DNA of 64,000 nucleotides from Arcobacteraceae bacterium (GCA_965224485.1 CBDCZH010000015.1:128001-192000); one strand, 5' to 3'; positions 20,714-33,175 are shown, numbered from the stretch's first letter. Numbers and translations: made by a program. The notes: a model not told the origin generated them from the letters alone.

Positions 20714-22078
20714 TTATCTGCCTAAACCACTCATTCCGCCTGGCATTCCGCCACCTTGCATTTGATTCATCATATTTGATAAACCTTTCATTCCACCTTT
20801 AGATGATAGTTTTTTTGCCATTTTTGAAGCATTTTTGAACTGTTTTAAAATTTTGTTAATTTGAACATCACTTAAACCAGATCCTCTTTGCATTCTTTTC
20901 TTTCGACTTGGATTTATTAAAGAAGGTGTTTCTCTCTCTTTATGGGTCATAGACCCAATTAAAGCTTTAATTCTTTTAATCTCATCAGAGTTCTCAAAAT
21001 CCATATCTTTTATTTGTGCACCCATTTGCGAAAGCCCAGGTATCATTCCAATAATAGATTTCATAGATCCTAATTTACTCATCATTGATAATTGATCTAA
21101 GAAGTCATTAAAGTTAAATTCACCTTTTTTAATTTTTCTAGCAACTTGTTTTGCAGTTTTTTCATCAATTACAGCAGCTGTTTTTTCAGCAAGTCCTTCA
21201 ATATCTCCAGCACCCATAAGTCTTGAAACAATTCGAGAAGGAATAAAGACTTCAAGGTCTGGCATTTTTTCACCAGTTCCTACAAATCTTAAAGGAACTC
21301 CAACTTGATTAGATAATGAGATAGCAACCCCACCCTTAACATCTCCATCAAATTTAGATAAAATAACTCCATTAATTCCAATTTGTTCTTTAAAAGAATT
21401 AGCCGTTCTTGTAGCATCATGTCCGGTTAAAGAATCAGCAACATAAAAAACTTCATCAGGTTGTGCTGCATTTTGAACATCTTTTAGCTCAGCCATTAAT
21501 TCACTGTCAATTGCTAAACGTCCAGCTGTATCTATCAATAGAACATCATAATGCTCATCTTGTGCTTTTTTCTTTGCAGCTTTTACAATTTTCACTGGAT
21601 TTGTTTCATTTTCATCAAAATAAATATCAACTTCAATAGAAGCAGCAATTTGTTTTAATTGTTCAACTGCTGCAAGTCTTTGTAAATCAGCAGCTGCTAC
21701 TAAAACTTTTTTATTTCTAAGTTTTAAATAATTTGCTAGTTTTCCAGTTGTAGTAGTTTTACCAGAACCTTGCAGTCCTGTCATCAAAATAGTAGTTGGT
21801 GGTTTATTTGAAAAAACAAAACCTTGCTTACCTTCAACAGTTAAAATATTTAATAAACCTAATTCTAAAGCTTTTAGAAAAGACTCTTGCCCTATTCCTA
21901 ATTTTTTAGTTTCAAGTTCTACAAAAGATATTAATTCTTTAGTTGTTTTATGATGAACATCAGCTTTAAGTAGAGATTTTTTCAGCTCTACAATTGCTTT
22001 TTTTAATGAAGTAGCATCATCTTTAAATCTTATTTTATTTACAGCATTTTTAATCGATCCGGTTAATACATCAAACAA
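20714..22078 (-). CDS. ffh: Signal recognition particle protein Ffh
   Basis: GLQGSGKTTT, DTAGR, Met-rich M domain. Confidence 0.97.
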   Translation of the reverse strand: MFDVLTGSIKNAVNKIRFKDDATSLKKAIVELKKSLLKADVHHKTTKELISFVELETKKLGIGQESFLKALELGLLNILTVEGKQGFVFSNKPPTTILMTGLQGSGKTTTTGKLANYLKLRNKKVLVAAADLQRLAAVEQLKQIAASIEVDIYFDENETNPVKIVKAAKKKAQDEHYDVLLIDTAGRLAIDSELMAELKDVQNAAQPDEVFYVADSLTGHDATRTANSFKEQIGINGVILSKFDGDVKGGVAISLSNQVGVPLRFVGTGEKMPDLEVFIPSRIVSRLMGAGDIEGLAEKTAAVIDEKTAKQVARKIKKGEFNFNDFLDQLSMMSKLGSMKSIIGMIPGLSQMGAQIKDMDFENSDEIKRIKALIGSMTHKERETPSLINPSRKKRMQRGSGLSDVQINKILKQFKNASKMAKKLSSKGGMKGLSNMMNQMQGGGMPGGMSGLGR

Positions 22079-22247
22079 ACTATCTCTCCATTTATATTAT
22101 TTTTGGATAATACTATAAATATTCTTTAATTTTGTTTAAAAGGTGTTAGGTTTAAGTTAAATTTAATATTGAGCACATTTAAGAGAAAGAGCAAAGCCCA
22201 ATTTTGTAGGCTTTACTTAGAAATAGACTTGTTTTAAAACTTAAAAA

Positions 22248-22997
22248 TTAATTAAGTCCAAACACTCTAAATTCTCTTGGTTCTTTTGCTTCAAAAGTAT
22301 AATTAAATATTTTAGTTTTTCGTGAGTGAAGAAGAACTCTATTTACATGGCTTGAAGTTTTACCATATATTGTATCTCCAATAATAGGAATACCAATTGA
22401 GTTTAAATGTACTCTAATTTGATGTGTTCTACCAGATTCAATCACAACTTTTATTTTTGATTTATTTCCTTCAACAAACATAGGTGTTACAGTTGATTTT
22501 GCAGGTTTACCCTTTTTATTATCAACTTTAGATTTAGCTTTTCCCCTATCTTTACTAGTAAGAATTGGTTTATCAATTACAATTTCATCAATTACTTTAC
22601 CTTCAACAATAGCAACATACTCTTTATAAACTCTATTATGTTTAAACTCTTGTATTGCTTTTTTCTGAAACTCTTCAGTTTTAGCAAATAACATAACACC
22701 ACTTGTTTCTTTATCTAATCTGTTTAATAAAATATAGTTTGAGAATTTTTTTGATATTTCATCAGCTGTTAAAAAAGCAGGTTTATTAATAGCTACAATA
22801 TCATCATCTTGAAAAATCATTTTAATATCATCTATTTCTTTAACATTAAAATTAGTTCTAACACTAATTTCTCCTCTTGCAATAGTAAGCTTCCTACCAT
22901 TAACATGAACAAGCCCTTTATCAATCATCTCTTTAGCTTTAGAGTTAGATATTCCCTCTTGTGTTGCTAATAATTTATATGCTTTTTCGTATTCCAT
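22248..22997 (-). CDS. RluA-family pseudouridine synthase with S4 domain
   Basis: NRLDKETSG, GRTHQIRVH. Confidence 0.9.
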   Translation of the reverse strand: MEYEKAYKLLATQEGISNSKAKEMIDKGLVHVNGRKLTIARGEISVRTNFNVKEIDDIKMIFQDDDIVAINKPAFLTADEISKKFSNYILLNRLDKETSGVMLFAKTEEFQKKAIQEFKHNRVYKEYVAIVEGKVIDEIVIDKPILTSKDRGKAKSKVDNKKGKPAKSTVTPMFVEGNKSKIKVVIESGRTHQIRVHLNSIGIPIIGDTIYGKTSSHVNRVLLHSRKTKIFNYTFEAKEPREFRVFGLN

Positions 22998-24138
22998 TTA
23001 TTTCCCTTATTATAGGTTTTATATCACCTACTTGTTTTAACGAAGAGTTTTTCAAACTTTGTATATTCTTCATTATATCTTTTAACTCATCTTTTTTTAT
23101 AATTTTATAATCATTTATAACTTCAAATAAAGCATTTTGATTAAAAATATGCTCACCACTAATTAATTTACAAGAAAAATAAGCAGGTTCTACTGGATTA
23201 TGCCCTCCAATATACTCAAAAGCACCACCTAAAATAACAGCATCACAAATATTATAAATATTATTAAGCTCACCCATTTTGTCACATAAAATAATATCAC
23301 TAGTAAAACTTTCATTTTGTGATAAACGTGAGTATGATAAAGAATTTTTAGCTGTAAATTCTGCTAATAAGAGATTTACCTCTTCAAATCTTTCTGGATG
23401 TCTTGGTACTAGTACTAATCTTCCTTGCTCTTTTTTAAAAGCATTTAAAATTAGTTCTTCTTCTTTTTCATGTGTACTGGCTGCTACTATTAAAAACTTA
23501 TCACTTTTTTCATATATCTTAGTAACTTTAGGAATACTTGCTAGTTTAATATTTCCTATTACTTCAATATTTTTAGCCCCTAAAGATAAAAGTCTAGTTT
23601 TATCAACTTCACTTTGTGCATATATTTTATCAACGTTTGCAAAAATTTTTTTATAAAAAAAAGAAAACTTTTTATAAGAAGAATATGATTTATCAGTGAT
23701 TCTTGCATTAATCAAAATGGTTCTTGTTTTTTTCATTTTTGCACATAAAAAGAGTAAGTACCAAAGTTCAGCTTCCATAACAAGTAAAATTTTTTGTCTT
23801 TTTATCCAAAAAGGTAAGAACAACTCATAAGGTAAATATCTAACATGGCAAGATAACTCTTTTGCTTGTTCATAACCAGTATTTGTTGTAACAGAAATAT
23901 TTACATCATTATTTTTTTTTACTTCTTGTACAATATTCTCAATTGCTTTTGTTTCACCATAAGAGCAACAATGGAACCAAACACCATCTTCTTTAAAAGA
24001 TTTATTATTTTTTAAAAAAAATCTTGCTGGCAGAGCTTGTGAGTATTTTAGTTTTGTAGATTTATATATGATAAAAGGAAGTGCTAAAATATATAATATT
24101 AAAGCTAGTATATAATAAAAAATCGAAAAGAGGCTCAA
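22975..24138 (-). CDS. waaA: Kdo transferase
   Basis: VWFHCCSYGE, MEAELW, PRHPERF, GGHNPVEPA; start set at TTG 24138 just after the upstream stop. Confidence 0.9.
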   Translation of the reverse strand: MSLFSIFYYILALILYILALPFIIYKSTKLKYSQALPARFFLKNNKSFKEDGVWFHCCSYGETKAIENIVQEVKKNNDVNISVTTNTGYEQAKELSCHVRYLPYELFLPFWIKRQKILLVMEAELWYLLFLCAKMKKTRTILINARITDKSYSSYKKFSFFYKKIFANVDKIYAQSEVDKTRLLSLGAKNIEVIGNIKLASIPKVTKIYEKSDKFLIVAASTHEKEEELILNAFKKEQGRLVLVPRHPERFEEVNLLLAEFTAKNSLSYSRLSQNESFTSDIILCDKMGELNNIYNICDAVILGGAFEYIGGHNPVEPAYFSCKLISGEHIFNQNALFEVINDYKIIKKDELKDIMKNIQSLKNSSLKQVGDIKPIIREINGIRKSI

Positions 24139-24139
24139 T

Positions 24140-24877
24140 CTATGCCTCTTGCGATTCTTCTTTAACTTCTTCTTCTTTTTCTTTAAAAAGAATTCTTCCA
24201 CAATGTGGACAATTTATAATTTCATCAGATTTTATAACTTCTGCATATGCTTTATCAGAAATTTTCATAAAACAACCATAACAAGCTTGTTTTCTAACAG
24301 GAACTACAGCTGTATCTTTAGCCCATCTTCTAATTTTTTCATAAAATGTTAAAATTTTAGTATCAAATTTTTCTAATAAGATACCTCTACTTTCATACAC
24401 TTCATTTTTAGATTTATTTATAACTTCTATTGCACTATCAACAGAAACTTTAAGTTCTTTGATATCTTCTTCTTCAAGTAGAAGTTTTGCCTGTAACTCT
24501 TTTAATTCTTCTTCTCTTACAGTTGAAATTTCACCAAGTCTATTAATCTCTTCATTTGCGAAAGAAATTTGCTCTTTAGCAATTTCTTCTTCAAGTTGTA
24601 GAGCTTTTAACTCTTTTTCTGTTTGTACTAAAGAGTTTTTCTTTGCAATTTCATCTAGTTTAGCTTTTAATTCAGCTAAATGAATATTGTTTTTACTTCC
24701 CTTTGATTTAACATCATCAATCTCTGCATAAGTCGAATCAATAGAGCTTTTAATCTCTTCTGCTACTTCTATAAAAGTTGCCAATTTCTCTTTTTCGTTT
24801 GCGATTTCTGGCTCGTATGCGCTAATTTGTGTATCATATTTTGATAACTTTACTAAATCTTCTAAATATTTATTCAA
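24140..24877 (-). CDS. Coiled-coil C4 zinc-ribbon protein (HP0958-like)
   Basis: CYGC...CPHCGRIL after a long coiled coil. Confidence 0.85.
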   Translation of the reverse strand: MNKYLEDLVKLSKYDTQISAYEPEIANEKEKLATFIEVAEEIKSSIDSTYAEIDDVKSKGSKNNIHLAELKAKLDEIAKKNSLVQTEKELKALQLEEEIAKEQISFANEEINRLGEISTVREEELKELQAKLLLEEEDIKELKVSVDSAIEVINKSKNEVYESRGILLEKFDTKILTFYEKIRRWAKDTAVVPVRKQACYGCFMKISDKAYAEVIKSDEIINCPHCGRILFKEKEEEVKEESQEA

Positions 24878-24886
24878 CCTGTCTCC

Positions 24887-25633
24887 TTATAAACAAAACT
24901 CAAATGGATTTTTTGAAGCTGATATTATAGCCTTTAATTCATTAGTTTCCAAATATGTTTCAAGTAGGCCCAATAATAGGCGACTAAAGTGCTCTTCACT
25001 TTCATAGTGTCTTATGTCAATTAGAGAAATTCCTCTAATTTTAGCATCCATTGCTTCATGATATTTAATATCACCTGTTAAAAAACAGTCTGCTTTTACC
25101 TCATTTAACATAGACATTCCAGCCCCAGTTACTAAGGCAACTTTTTTTATGTTCTCATTACATTTTACTGTTTTTGTATATTTTAATCCAAGTTTACTTG
25201 AAATCTTAGCTCTAAAGCTATCAAAAGATGAATTTACATTTGCATATACAATAAAATCATCATCTTGTTCACTAGGAATTATATCCAAATCTAAAATTTC
25301 TTTTGCAACATATTTATTTAAGTGAGTTTTATCAATGTTTGTATGCATTGATATTAAAGAAATATTTTTTTGTATTAATATTTTTAATAACTTTGTTGCA
25401 TATGAATCATAAGTAATACTTTTTAATGCAGTAAAAATTAAAGGATGATGGGTGATTATTAAAGAATTTTCTTTTACCTCTTGCAACATCTCTAAATCTA
25501 AATCAATAGAAATATAAACACAGCAAACTTTATCTTGCATATTGCCTACAAGTAAACCGGAGTTGTCCCATTTTTCTTGTAAGTAAAAAGGTGATAATTC
25601 ATCTAAATAATCATATATCTCTTTAACTTTCAC
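24887..25633 (-). CDS. Nif3-like dinuclear metal protein
   Basis: WDNSGL, THHPLIF, HTNID, TGDIKYH. Confidence 0.9.
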   Translation of the reverse strand: MKVKEIYDYLDELSPFYLQEKWDNSGLLVGNMQDKVCCVYISIDLDLEMLQEVKENSLIITHHPLIFTALKSITYDSYATKLLKILIQKNISLISMHTNIDKTHLNKYVAKEILDLDIIPSEQDDDFIVYANVNSSFDSFRAKISSKLGLKYTKTVKCNENIKKVALVTGAGMSMLNEVKADCFLTGDIKYHEAMDAKIRGISLIDIRHYESEEHFSRLLLGLLETYLETNELKAIISASKNPFEFCL

Positions 25634-25642
25634 TTTTTTTCC

Positions 25643-26572
25643 TTAGTTAAATAATTCAGGAGATTTTTCTTTTAAATAAGCTAATTTCTTTTTATTTCCA
25701 ATTCTAGTTAAACGTTCAACTTCTTGCTCTTTATACATTAAAGCACAAGCCTGAGATAATTCACGCACTTTTAGTATATAATTTTGTCTCTCAGTTACTG
25801 AAATTGCTTTTCTTGCATCAAGGGTATTAAAAGCATGTGAAGCTATCATACACTGATCATATGCAGGAAGAGGTAAAGATGCTTCTAAACAAGATTTACA
25901 CTCTTTAAAAGCATCATCAAAATGAGTAAATAACATTTCAACATTTGCTATTTCAAAATTATACTTTGAAAACTCATATTCACTTTGTTTATGAACATCA
26001 GCATAAGTAGTAATTCCATGTTCATTTTCATTCCAAACTATATCAAAAACGCTATCTACTTCTTGTAAATACATAGCAAGTCGCTCTGTTCCATAAGTAA
26101 TCTCAACAGCAACAGGATCACAAGCAATTCCACCTACTTGTTGAAAGTAAGTAAATTGTGTAACTTCCATACCATCAAGCCAAACTTCCCAACCAAGACC
26201 CCAAGCACCTAACGTTGGTGATTCCCAGTTATCTTCTACAAATCTAATATCATGTTTAGATATATCTAAACCTAAAAACTCTAAAGATTTCAAATAAAGT
26301 TCTTGAATATTATCTGGACTTGGTTTTATTAAAACTTGAAATTGATAATACGAGCCTAATCTATTTGGGTTTTCACCATATCTTCCATCAGTTGGTCTTC
26401 TACTTGGTGCTACATAAGCTGCACTCCAAGGAGTTGAATCAAGTGAACGCAATAGTGTTGCAGGATGAAAAGTTCCAGCTCCTGCAGGAATATCATAAGG
26501 CTGTACGATATTACAGCCTTGATCTGCCCAAAACTGCTGTAGTTTTAATAACATTTGTGAGAATGTAATCAT
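25643..26572 (-). CDS. glyQ: Glycine-tRNA ligase alpha subunit
   Basis: [31 protein letters not shown]. Confidence 0.98.
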   Translation of the reverse strand: MITFSQMLLKLQQFWADQGCNIVQPYDIPAGAGTFHPATLLRSLDSTPWSAAYVAPSRRPTDGRYGENPNRLGSYYQFQVLIKPSPDNIQELYLKSLEFLGLDISKHDIRFVEDNWESPTLGAWGLGWEVWLDGMEVTQFTYFQQVGGIACDPVAVEITYGTERLAMYLQEVDSVFDIVWNENEHGITTYADVHKQSEYEFSKYNFEIANVEMLFTHFDDAFKECKSCLEASLPLPAYDQCMIASHAFNTLDARKAISVTERQNYILKVRELSQACALMYKEQEVERLTRIGNKKKLAYLKEKSPELFN

Positions 26573-26594
26573 TTATTTAATTCCTATTTTTTTA

Positions 26595-27089
26595 TTATAA
26601 AAGAACTTCTATTACAGCTGAATCTGCTTCAACAGCTTTTTCTTTCATTAATCTATCTTCTTTTAATTTAATTGCTAGTTCTTTATCAGTAATTGCTAAA
26701 ATTTGCATTGATAAATAAGCTGCATTTATAGCACCAGCTTTTCCTAAAGCAACAGTAGCAACTGGCATACCTGATGGCATTTGAACAGTTGATAACATAG
26801 CATCCATACCATCCATTGCTCCACCTTTCATAGGTACACCAACAACTGGTTTTGTTGTACCTGCTGCTATTGCTCCAGCTAAGTGTGCAGCCATTCCAGC
26901 AGCAGCTATAAATACTTGAGCACCTTTTTCTTCTGCTTCTTTAATATATTCTTTTGTTCTAGTTGGAGATCTATGAGCTGATGATATTATCATTTCATAT
27001 TTAACATTAAACTTTTCAAAAGTATCACTACAGTTTTTCATAATTTCATAATCAGATTTGCTTCCCATAATAATAGAAATAAAATTCAT
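26595..27089 (-). CDS. purE: N5-CAIR mutase
   Basis: MGSKSD, SAHRSP, STVQMPSGMPV. Confidence 0.97.
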   Translation of the reverse strand: MNFISIIMGSKSDYEIMKNCSDTFEKFNVKYEMIISSAHRSPTRTKEYIKEAEEKGAQVFIAAAGMAAHLAGAIAAGTTKPVVGVPMKGGAMDGMDAMLSTVQMPSGMPVATVALGKAGAINAAYLSMQILAITDKELAIKLKEDRLMKEKAVEADSAVIEVLL

Positions 27090-27122
27090 ATTTGGCCTTT
27101 TTTAATTAATTTTAAAATTATA

Positions 27123-28433
27123 TCAAATACTTTCTAATAGTGTTATAACCTTTGATACTTTTATCTCATTATAAGAATCAAACTTATGTAAAACTAAAGA
27201 TTCTCTATCAAAAGTAAACTTTGAGAAGTTTTTTGATTTATCTTCTATTTTAAAAGCTTTTGTACAAGAATAATATTTAAGTCTAAGTTGATAATCATCA
27301 TTAGTAAAAAATACAACACTAGGAATAAAAAAAGCATCTGCTATATGATATGTTGATGTATCGCTTGTAATAATTCCATCCATACAAGATACCAAATACA
27401 TAAAATCTGAAATACTTTTTGAATGTATACTTAAATTAGTATAATTGCCACCTTTATAATTTGAAAAATTTAAAGCTGATACTATAGTATAGTTTTTAGC
27501 TTTTTTTATAAGCTTTTTTAAAAACTTATATGCTGGTTCTTGTGGAATTGAACGAGTTATTTCTGCTGAGAAAGGATGATATAAAAGAAGTTTTTCCTTA
27601 GAACTTTTAAGCTTAGCTATTTCTTCTTTTAGCCTTGGATTAATTTTTAGTTTTGAAATATCTAAAGAATTATATTTATCTTTTGTTGGTATTTTTTTAT
27701 AAGGCATAGCAAACTTATACAAATAAGCATCTACATAAGGCAAAACCTTATAAAAACTTCTATTTTTAACTAAAGAGTTATCTACATAAAAATCATACTC
27801 ACATAAGGTTTTAACATCAAGGGCTAAGGGTTTTATATTATCAATATAATTTTGCGTTAGTAAAATCTCTTTATCTCTTGAATAATAAACATTTTGTGCA
27901 GCTTCTAAATAAATATCAAGCTGGACTGATTTGAATTTTTTATTTAAATATTGTTTAAAAAGCCTAAGAGCACTCAAAGAAGCAATCATTTCACCAATTT
28001 TTTCACCAACATTACCTATAATTGCAACTTTAATATCTTTTTTATTACACTTTGAGATTTGTTCATATAACTTTTTACTATCTTCATTAAAAATAAAAGA
28101 GTCAAATTTTTCTTTTACTTTATATTGTAAAAAATCATTATTTTTGATTTTCTTTTTTAGATTTTCTATACTTTTATATTCATATTTGTTTAAAATTCCA
28201 AGCTCTATTGGAAAAGTTCTGTTCTCGCAAACAGAATTCTCCAATAAAATCTTTGATTCAAAATCAGGCCCAACTTTTTTAAAAACATCATTTAGTTTTT
28301 GTAACTCTTCATAAGTAGAAACATAAATAGCATTATTTAATAAATTAGAAGGGTCCCTTAATTTTGTATACTTAATTAAAGAACCATCTGTCGTTTTAAT
28401 ATTTATATTTTGCGTTACTCTAAAAAAAACCAT
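27123..28433 (-). CDS. Glycosyltransferase family 9-like protein
   Basis: IGEMI..LSAL, HPFS, ITSDTSTYHIADAF; ATG overlaps upstream stop (TAATG). Confidence 0.65.
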   Translation of the reverse strand: MVFFRVTQNINIKTTDGSLIKYTKLRDPSNLLNNAIYVSTYEELQKLNDVFKKVGPDFESKILLENSVCENRTFPIELGILNKYEYKSIENLKKKIKNNDFLQYKVKEKFDSFIFNEDSKKLYEQISKCNKKDIKVAIIGNVGEKIGEMIASLSALRLFKQYLNKKFKSVQLDIYLEAAQNVYYSRDKEILLTQNYIDNIKPLALDVKTLCEYDFYVDNSLVKNRSFYKVLPYVDAYLYKFAMPYKKIPTKDKYNSLDISKLKINPRLKEEIAKLKSSKEKLLLYHPFSAEITRSIPQEPAYKFLKKLIKKAKNYTIVSALNFSNYKGGNYTNLSIHSKSISDFMYLVSCMDGIITSDTSTYHIADAFFIPSVVFFTNDDYQLRLKYYSCTKAFKIEDKSKNFSKFTFDRESLVLHKFDSYNEIKVSKVITLLESI

Positions 28434-29722
28434 TAATAAGAGCATTCAGCCCATTGGGGATTTTTAACTCTTAACATTGTTAAATAAGGAAGTTTACCAG
28501 GTAGTTTTATTTTGTTTAAATTTCCACTATGTACTGATTCTAATTCTTTATTATTTTCACATATAATCTTTTTAAAACTTACGTAATATTTACCATCATC
28601 TTTTTTAAAAATAGATCCAAGTTCATTTGAAACTTCTTCGATTACAGTGTTTAAAGGTGCAAATATTTCAGTCTCTTCATTAGGATAAGTTTTATACTTA
28701 CACATAAAATGATTTTCATCACTAGTTACAAGCCCACTTACTTCATAAGAACCACTTGAAAGAGCATAATCATGATTTTGTGAATCAGAACGCTCAAAAG
28801 GTCTATGAATTAAATAAGCATCAGTAAAACCTCTATTTTTAGTTGTATGCAACTCTTCTTGGTATTTCTTTGCATCAAAACAGTCATTATAAAAATCATC
28901 AATTGCATTTCGATATGAAAAAGCAGTAACCGCTGCATAATAAGGAGATTTAGTTCTACCTTCTATTTTTATAGAATCAATAGCATTTGATTTTAATATT
29001 TCATCAACATGGGAAGCTAAGTTCATATCTTTTGCATTAAAAATATATGTTCCAACTCCTGGTTCTTCTTCTAATCTAAACATAGTTCCATGGTCTTCAT
29101 TTGCAGCATATAAAGTATATTCAAATCTACAATCATTTGCACAGCTTCCTCTATTTGGAACTCTTCCCATTTGAACAGCTGAAACTAAACAACGTCCAGA
29201 ATAAGCAAAACACATAGAACCATGTACAAAAATTTCTATTTCCATATCAGGAAGATACTCTTTTATATCAATTACATCTTTTAAAGATATTTCACGTGCA
29301 GCAATTATTCGTCGCACACCCATATCATAATAAACTTGGGCATCTAAGTAGTTCATAACATTTGCTTGTGTTGATAAATGGATAGGAATATGAGGTGCAA
29401 TTTCACGACATAATCTTACAACTCCAGGAGCTGCAACGATTAGAGCATCGGGGTTTAAATCAGCCATATTTTTTATATGTTTTTTTAATAAGTTAATTTG
29501 AGAATTAAAAGGAAAACCATTAATTGTTACATATACTTTCTTACCTCTCTCATGAGCATAATCAATTCCCTCTTTGAAAGTTTCTAGAGTAAACTCTTTA
29601 CCAGATCTAATACGTAAAGAGAAGTGTGATACTCCTCCATAAACAGCATCAGCTCCATAAGCAATAGCAATTTTTAATTTTTCTAAGTTACCAGCGGGGG
29701 ATAACAGTTCTACTTTCTTCAT
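28433..29722 (-). CDS. U32 family protein (TrhP/YegQ-like tRNA hydroxylation)
   Basis: ELLSPAG, HLSTQAN, HGSMCFAYSGRC, KIEGR. Confidence 0.9.
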   Translation of the reverse strand: MKKVELLSPAGNLEKLKIAIAYGADAVYGGVSHFSLRIRSGKEFTLETFKEGIDYAHERGKKVYVTINGFPFNSQINLLKKHIKNMADLNPDALIVAAPGVVRLCREIAPHIPIHLSTQANVMNYLDAQVYYDMGVRRIIAAREISLKDVIDIKEYLPDMEIEIFVHGSMCFAYSGRCLVSAVQMGRVPNRGSCANDCRFEYTLYAANEDHGTMFRLEEEPGVGTYIFNAKDMNLASHVDEILKSNAIDSIKIEGRTKSPYYAAVTAFSYRNAIDDFYNDCFDAKKYQEELHTTKNRGFTDAYLIHRPFERSDSQNHDYALSSGSYEVSGLVTSDENHFMCKYKTYPNEETEIFAPLNTVIEEVSNELGSIFKKDDGKYYVSFKKIICENNKELESVHSGNLNKIKLPGKLPYLTMLRVKNPQWAECSY

Positions 29723-29842
29723 TTACAACCTTAAAATATATTATTATGGCGATTATATCTAAAGAAAATTATAAAGAAGATTTTATAAATACCTAAGTAT
29801 TTTTTTTAAGAAACTTAAATAAATATCTAAAAAGGAAAGCTT

Positions 29843-32773
29843 TTAAAAGCTTTCCCATTCAGAATCATCATTATTATTAGATACAACAACCGAAGCTGCT
29901 GTAGGTATTGTAGCTTTGTTTTTACTTGAAAAACTAGGAGTTCTATGTTTATCTTTTGAAATATTTTGAGAAGCTGGTTTTGTAGGTTTTTCGCTTGCTA
30001 AAGAAGAAGCTATAGTATCAGAAACTTTATACTCTTTACAATAATCAACTTTCACTATATCTAAGGCAGTAAATACAGCTCGTGTAGCAATATCAACTTC
30101 TTGTGAGTGGGAATCAAGAGTAAAGTTATCAGCACCATTTGCATTATCATTTATATAATCTTGTACAAAACCATGTACTTTTTCATGAGATGATTTTAAC
30201 TCTTTCCAATTTTGTGTTTTTGTAAAAGTGCTTTCTTTTCTCTCTTGCTCACTAATCCACTTACCTAAATCACAATCTTTACAAGTAACAACTCTCCAAG
30301 CTTTAGCATTAAGTTCTCCTACTTTAGCAAAGTTAACATCTTTAAATCTAACATGATCATTTTTAAGTTTATTGATTTTAAATACTAAATCAACATCACA
30401 AGTTTCATCTTTTTTACTTTTATTAAACTTAGCAATATCAGCAATTGATAACAAGTTTTCAGATAAAGCAGATACTTCATTTGCTAACTCATTAATTTGT
30501 GTAGCAGAAGATGCGTTTATTTGTGTAGCTTGATCAAGTTCATTAATAGCAGAATTTATTTGAACAATTCCACTTTCTTGTTCTTTAGAAGCTTCTGTTA
30601 CATCTTCAATCAAATTAATAGTTTCAGAAACTTTTGAATTGAGATCACCATAACCACCAATCATCTCATTTGCTATTTTTTTACCTTCATTTGCTTTTGA
30701 AGTTGCTTTTTCAACTAATTCTTTAATTTCTTTTGCAGCTTCAGCTGATCTAGAGGCAAGATTTCTTACTTCTTGGGCAACTACAGCAAAACCTTTTCCA
30801 GCTTCACCAGCTGTTGCTGCTTCAACAGCTGCATTAAGTGAAAGAATATTTGTTTGGAAAGCAATTTGATCAATTACGGTAATTGCATCATTAATTGATG
30901 AAACTTGTGTATCTATTTCTTCCATAGCTTTAGTTGTTTTAGAAGCAAGAGCTTCTCCATCTTTAGCAGAAGTATTTAAATCATTTGCTAAAATTGACAT
31001 TCTATTTATTTTTTCACCAGATGATTTGATAATAGCTGTTATTTCTTCAACTGAAGCTGCTGTTTCTTCTAGAGAAGCTGCTTGAGAATTTGCAGAAGTT
31101 GATAATTTGTTTGATGAACTTTGTAAAACTTTTGTATCACGATCAAGTTTCTCACCAGAACTAGTTATCATTGCTAAAAACTCTGAAACAGTACTACCAA
31201 TTAAATCAGCAGAAGTTTCCAAAGAACCTATTAAACCATTTGAAGCTTTATGTGTTTTACTATCACTACACTGATAAGCAAAGTTAGCCTTACCGTATTC
31301 ACTTAAAGCAGTATTTATCTCTTCTAGTTTAAGATTTGTTCTGATTATCATCTCGTTAATTGACGTTTTAAGTTTTTGAATACTTGGATTATCAGAATTT
31401 GAATGAACAGAATAAACATAAAAACCAGAATTTACTTTTTGAATTACAGTTTCTACTTCTTGTATTACTACAGCATCTTCTGCTGCATCAGATTCTAGTT
31501 TCATAAAATACTTATTTAAACTATTCATTACAATACCAATTTCATCATTTCTTGAAACTCGTATAGTTCTTCTTCTATTCTTATTTCCAGAACTTAAATA
31601 AGTAATAGAATCATTTAATGAGTTTAAAGGAGTAATAATTACAAATTTAACTAAATAAATACTAATTAAGTAAATAACAAAAACAGCAATTAGTGTTGAG
31701 ATTATAATCGTAAGCATAATTTCATCAATCTCTTTTTGTGTTGCTTCTTGCATTTTTATAATATCAGCTTCAATATCATCAACATAAGCACCAGTTCCTA
31801 TAACCCAATCCCAAGGAGCAAATTTCTTAACATATGAAAATTTTTGTTGTGGTTCATCAAAACCAGGTTTAGCCCACATATATTTAACTAAACCACCTTC
31901 TTTACTTGCATTTGCAGTACTTGCCATTTCAGTAAATAAAAACTTTCCTACCTTATCTTTTACTTTTGACAAATCTTTACCGTCTAAGCTTGGTTTAATT
32001 GGATGCATAATCATCTTAGCACTTGAATCATTAATCCAAAAATAACCAGATTTTCCAAATCTTTCTTGAGCTACTGTATGTAAGGCTTCTTTTTTCATCT
32101 TAGCACTTACATCAGAAAGATACTCACCAGTTCCAATTACCCATGAAAAATCTTTGAAAAGTTTTACGTAAGATACTTTATCTTGAGGTTTTTCAAAACC
32201 AGGTTTTGGCCAAACATAATCCACAAAACCTTCACCTTTGGCTTTAGCAACACTAGCAAATTCTTCAAATATTTTTTTTCCATTTTTGTCTTTAAAATTT
32301 ACAAGATTTTTACCATCTAAACTTGGTTTAATTGGGTGCATTATAATTACAGCATCTAAATCATTTATCCAAAAATAACCAGATTTCCCATATCTTGTTG
32401 CTTGTACAATACTTTTTAGTCTTAGTTTTATTTCATCTTGGCTTAAAGTATCTTTTAACCTATTATATTCACCCTCTAAAATAGAGAATAAAAATCCAGT
32501 TTCTTTTTTTAAATCATCTTGTACTTCTACTTTAATTTTATCTTTAGAAGTTCTTTCATAATATGCGTTTACAGTCGTAACAGCTAAAGCAACATAATTT
32601 TTAAGCTCTTGCTCTTTTTTAGCATAAGCATCAGCTCTAAAGTTATCAATATTATTTTTAGATAATTTGTTTATTGAATACAGTGATTCAATAGCTAAAA
32701 CACTAGCAACAATAACAAGAGATACGAGGGTCAAAAGGAGTAGTTTTGACTTAATTGATAAGGAAAATTTCAT
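29843..32773 (-). CDS. Methyl-accepting chemotaxis protein with two Cache domains and C-terminal CZB domain
   Basis: Two YFWIND..IMHPIKP..WPKPG repeats; [23 protein letters not shown]...HEKVH. Confidence 0.93.
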   Translation of the reverse strand: MKFSLSIKSKLLLLTLVSLVIVASVLAIESLYSINKLSKNNIDNFRADAYAKKEQELKNYVALAVTTVNAYYERTSKDKIKVEVQDDLKKETGFLFSILEGEYNRLKDTLSQDEIKLRLKSIVQATRYGKSGYFWINDLDAVIIMHPIKPSLDGKNLVNFKDKNGKKIFEEFASVAKAKGEGFVDYVWPKPGFEKPQDKVSYVKLFKDFSWVIGTGEYLSDVSAKMKKEALHTVAQERFGKSGYFWINDSSAKMIMHPIKPSLDGKDLSKVKDKVGKFLFTEMASTANASKEGGLVKYMWAKPGFDEPQQKFSYVKKFAPWDWVIGTGAYVDDIEADIIKMQEATQKEIDEIMLTIIISTLIAVFVIYLISIYLVKFVIITPLNSLNDSITYLSSGNKNRRRTIRVSRNDEIGIVMNSLNKYFMKLESDAAEDAVVIQEVETVIQKVNSGFYVYSVHSNSDNPSIQKLKTSINEMIIRTNLKLEEINTALSEYGKANFAYQCSDSKTHKASNGLIGSLETSADLIGSTVSEFLAMITSSGEKLDRDTKVLQSSSNKLSTSANSQAASLEETAASVEEITAIIKSSGEKINRMSILANDLNTSAKDGEALASKTTKAMEEIDTQVSSINDAITVIDQIAFQTNILSLNAAVEAATAGEAGKGFAVVAQEVRNLASRSAEAAKEIKELVEKATSKANEGKKIANEMIGGYGDLNSKVSETINLIEDVTEASKEQESGIVQINSAINELDQATQINASSATQINELANEVSALSENLLSIADIAKFNKSKKDETCDVDLVFKINKLKNDHVRFKDVNFAKVGELNAKAWRVVTCKDCDLGKWISEQERKESTFTKTQNWKELKSSHEKVHGFVQDYINDNANGADNFTLDSHSQEVDIATRAVFTALDIVKVDYCKEYKVSDTIASSLASEKPTKPASQNISKDKHRTPSFSSKNKATIPTAASVVVSNNNDDSEWESF

Positions 32774-33175
32774 TTAGTGCTCCAATAATTATTTATTTGT
32801 TATTTTCATTCTAGCTTATAAAATTAAAAAAAGTCAAGAAATGTACTTATCTATTTTTTCACCTTATATAATTCTAAGAGAAAGATACATATTGTAACAT
32901 AAGTAATAAATAAATAATTTTTTATATATTTAAAAGTTACTTTTTGCTCTATGTTAATAATAAAATGTATTATAAATAACTTTTTTATCATCTTTTTATA
33001 ATGATGTTACTTTTATTAGATTCATTCGCGTATATCAGCTTTTATAGAAAACTTAATTTATAAAAATTGTTTCTTTTCTTTTTCTATTCTCAATAATTGT
33101 TATTTTATGTTATTTTTTATTTATACTATATTTAAAATATGCTAGTATATACTATGAAAGAAAATAGGTAACAAT

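Noticed and set aside
32890..33015. Repeated GTTAC/GTAAC motifs between the MCP and ankyrin genes
   Set aside because: Irregular spacing in AT-rich DNA; too weak to call binding sites
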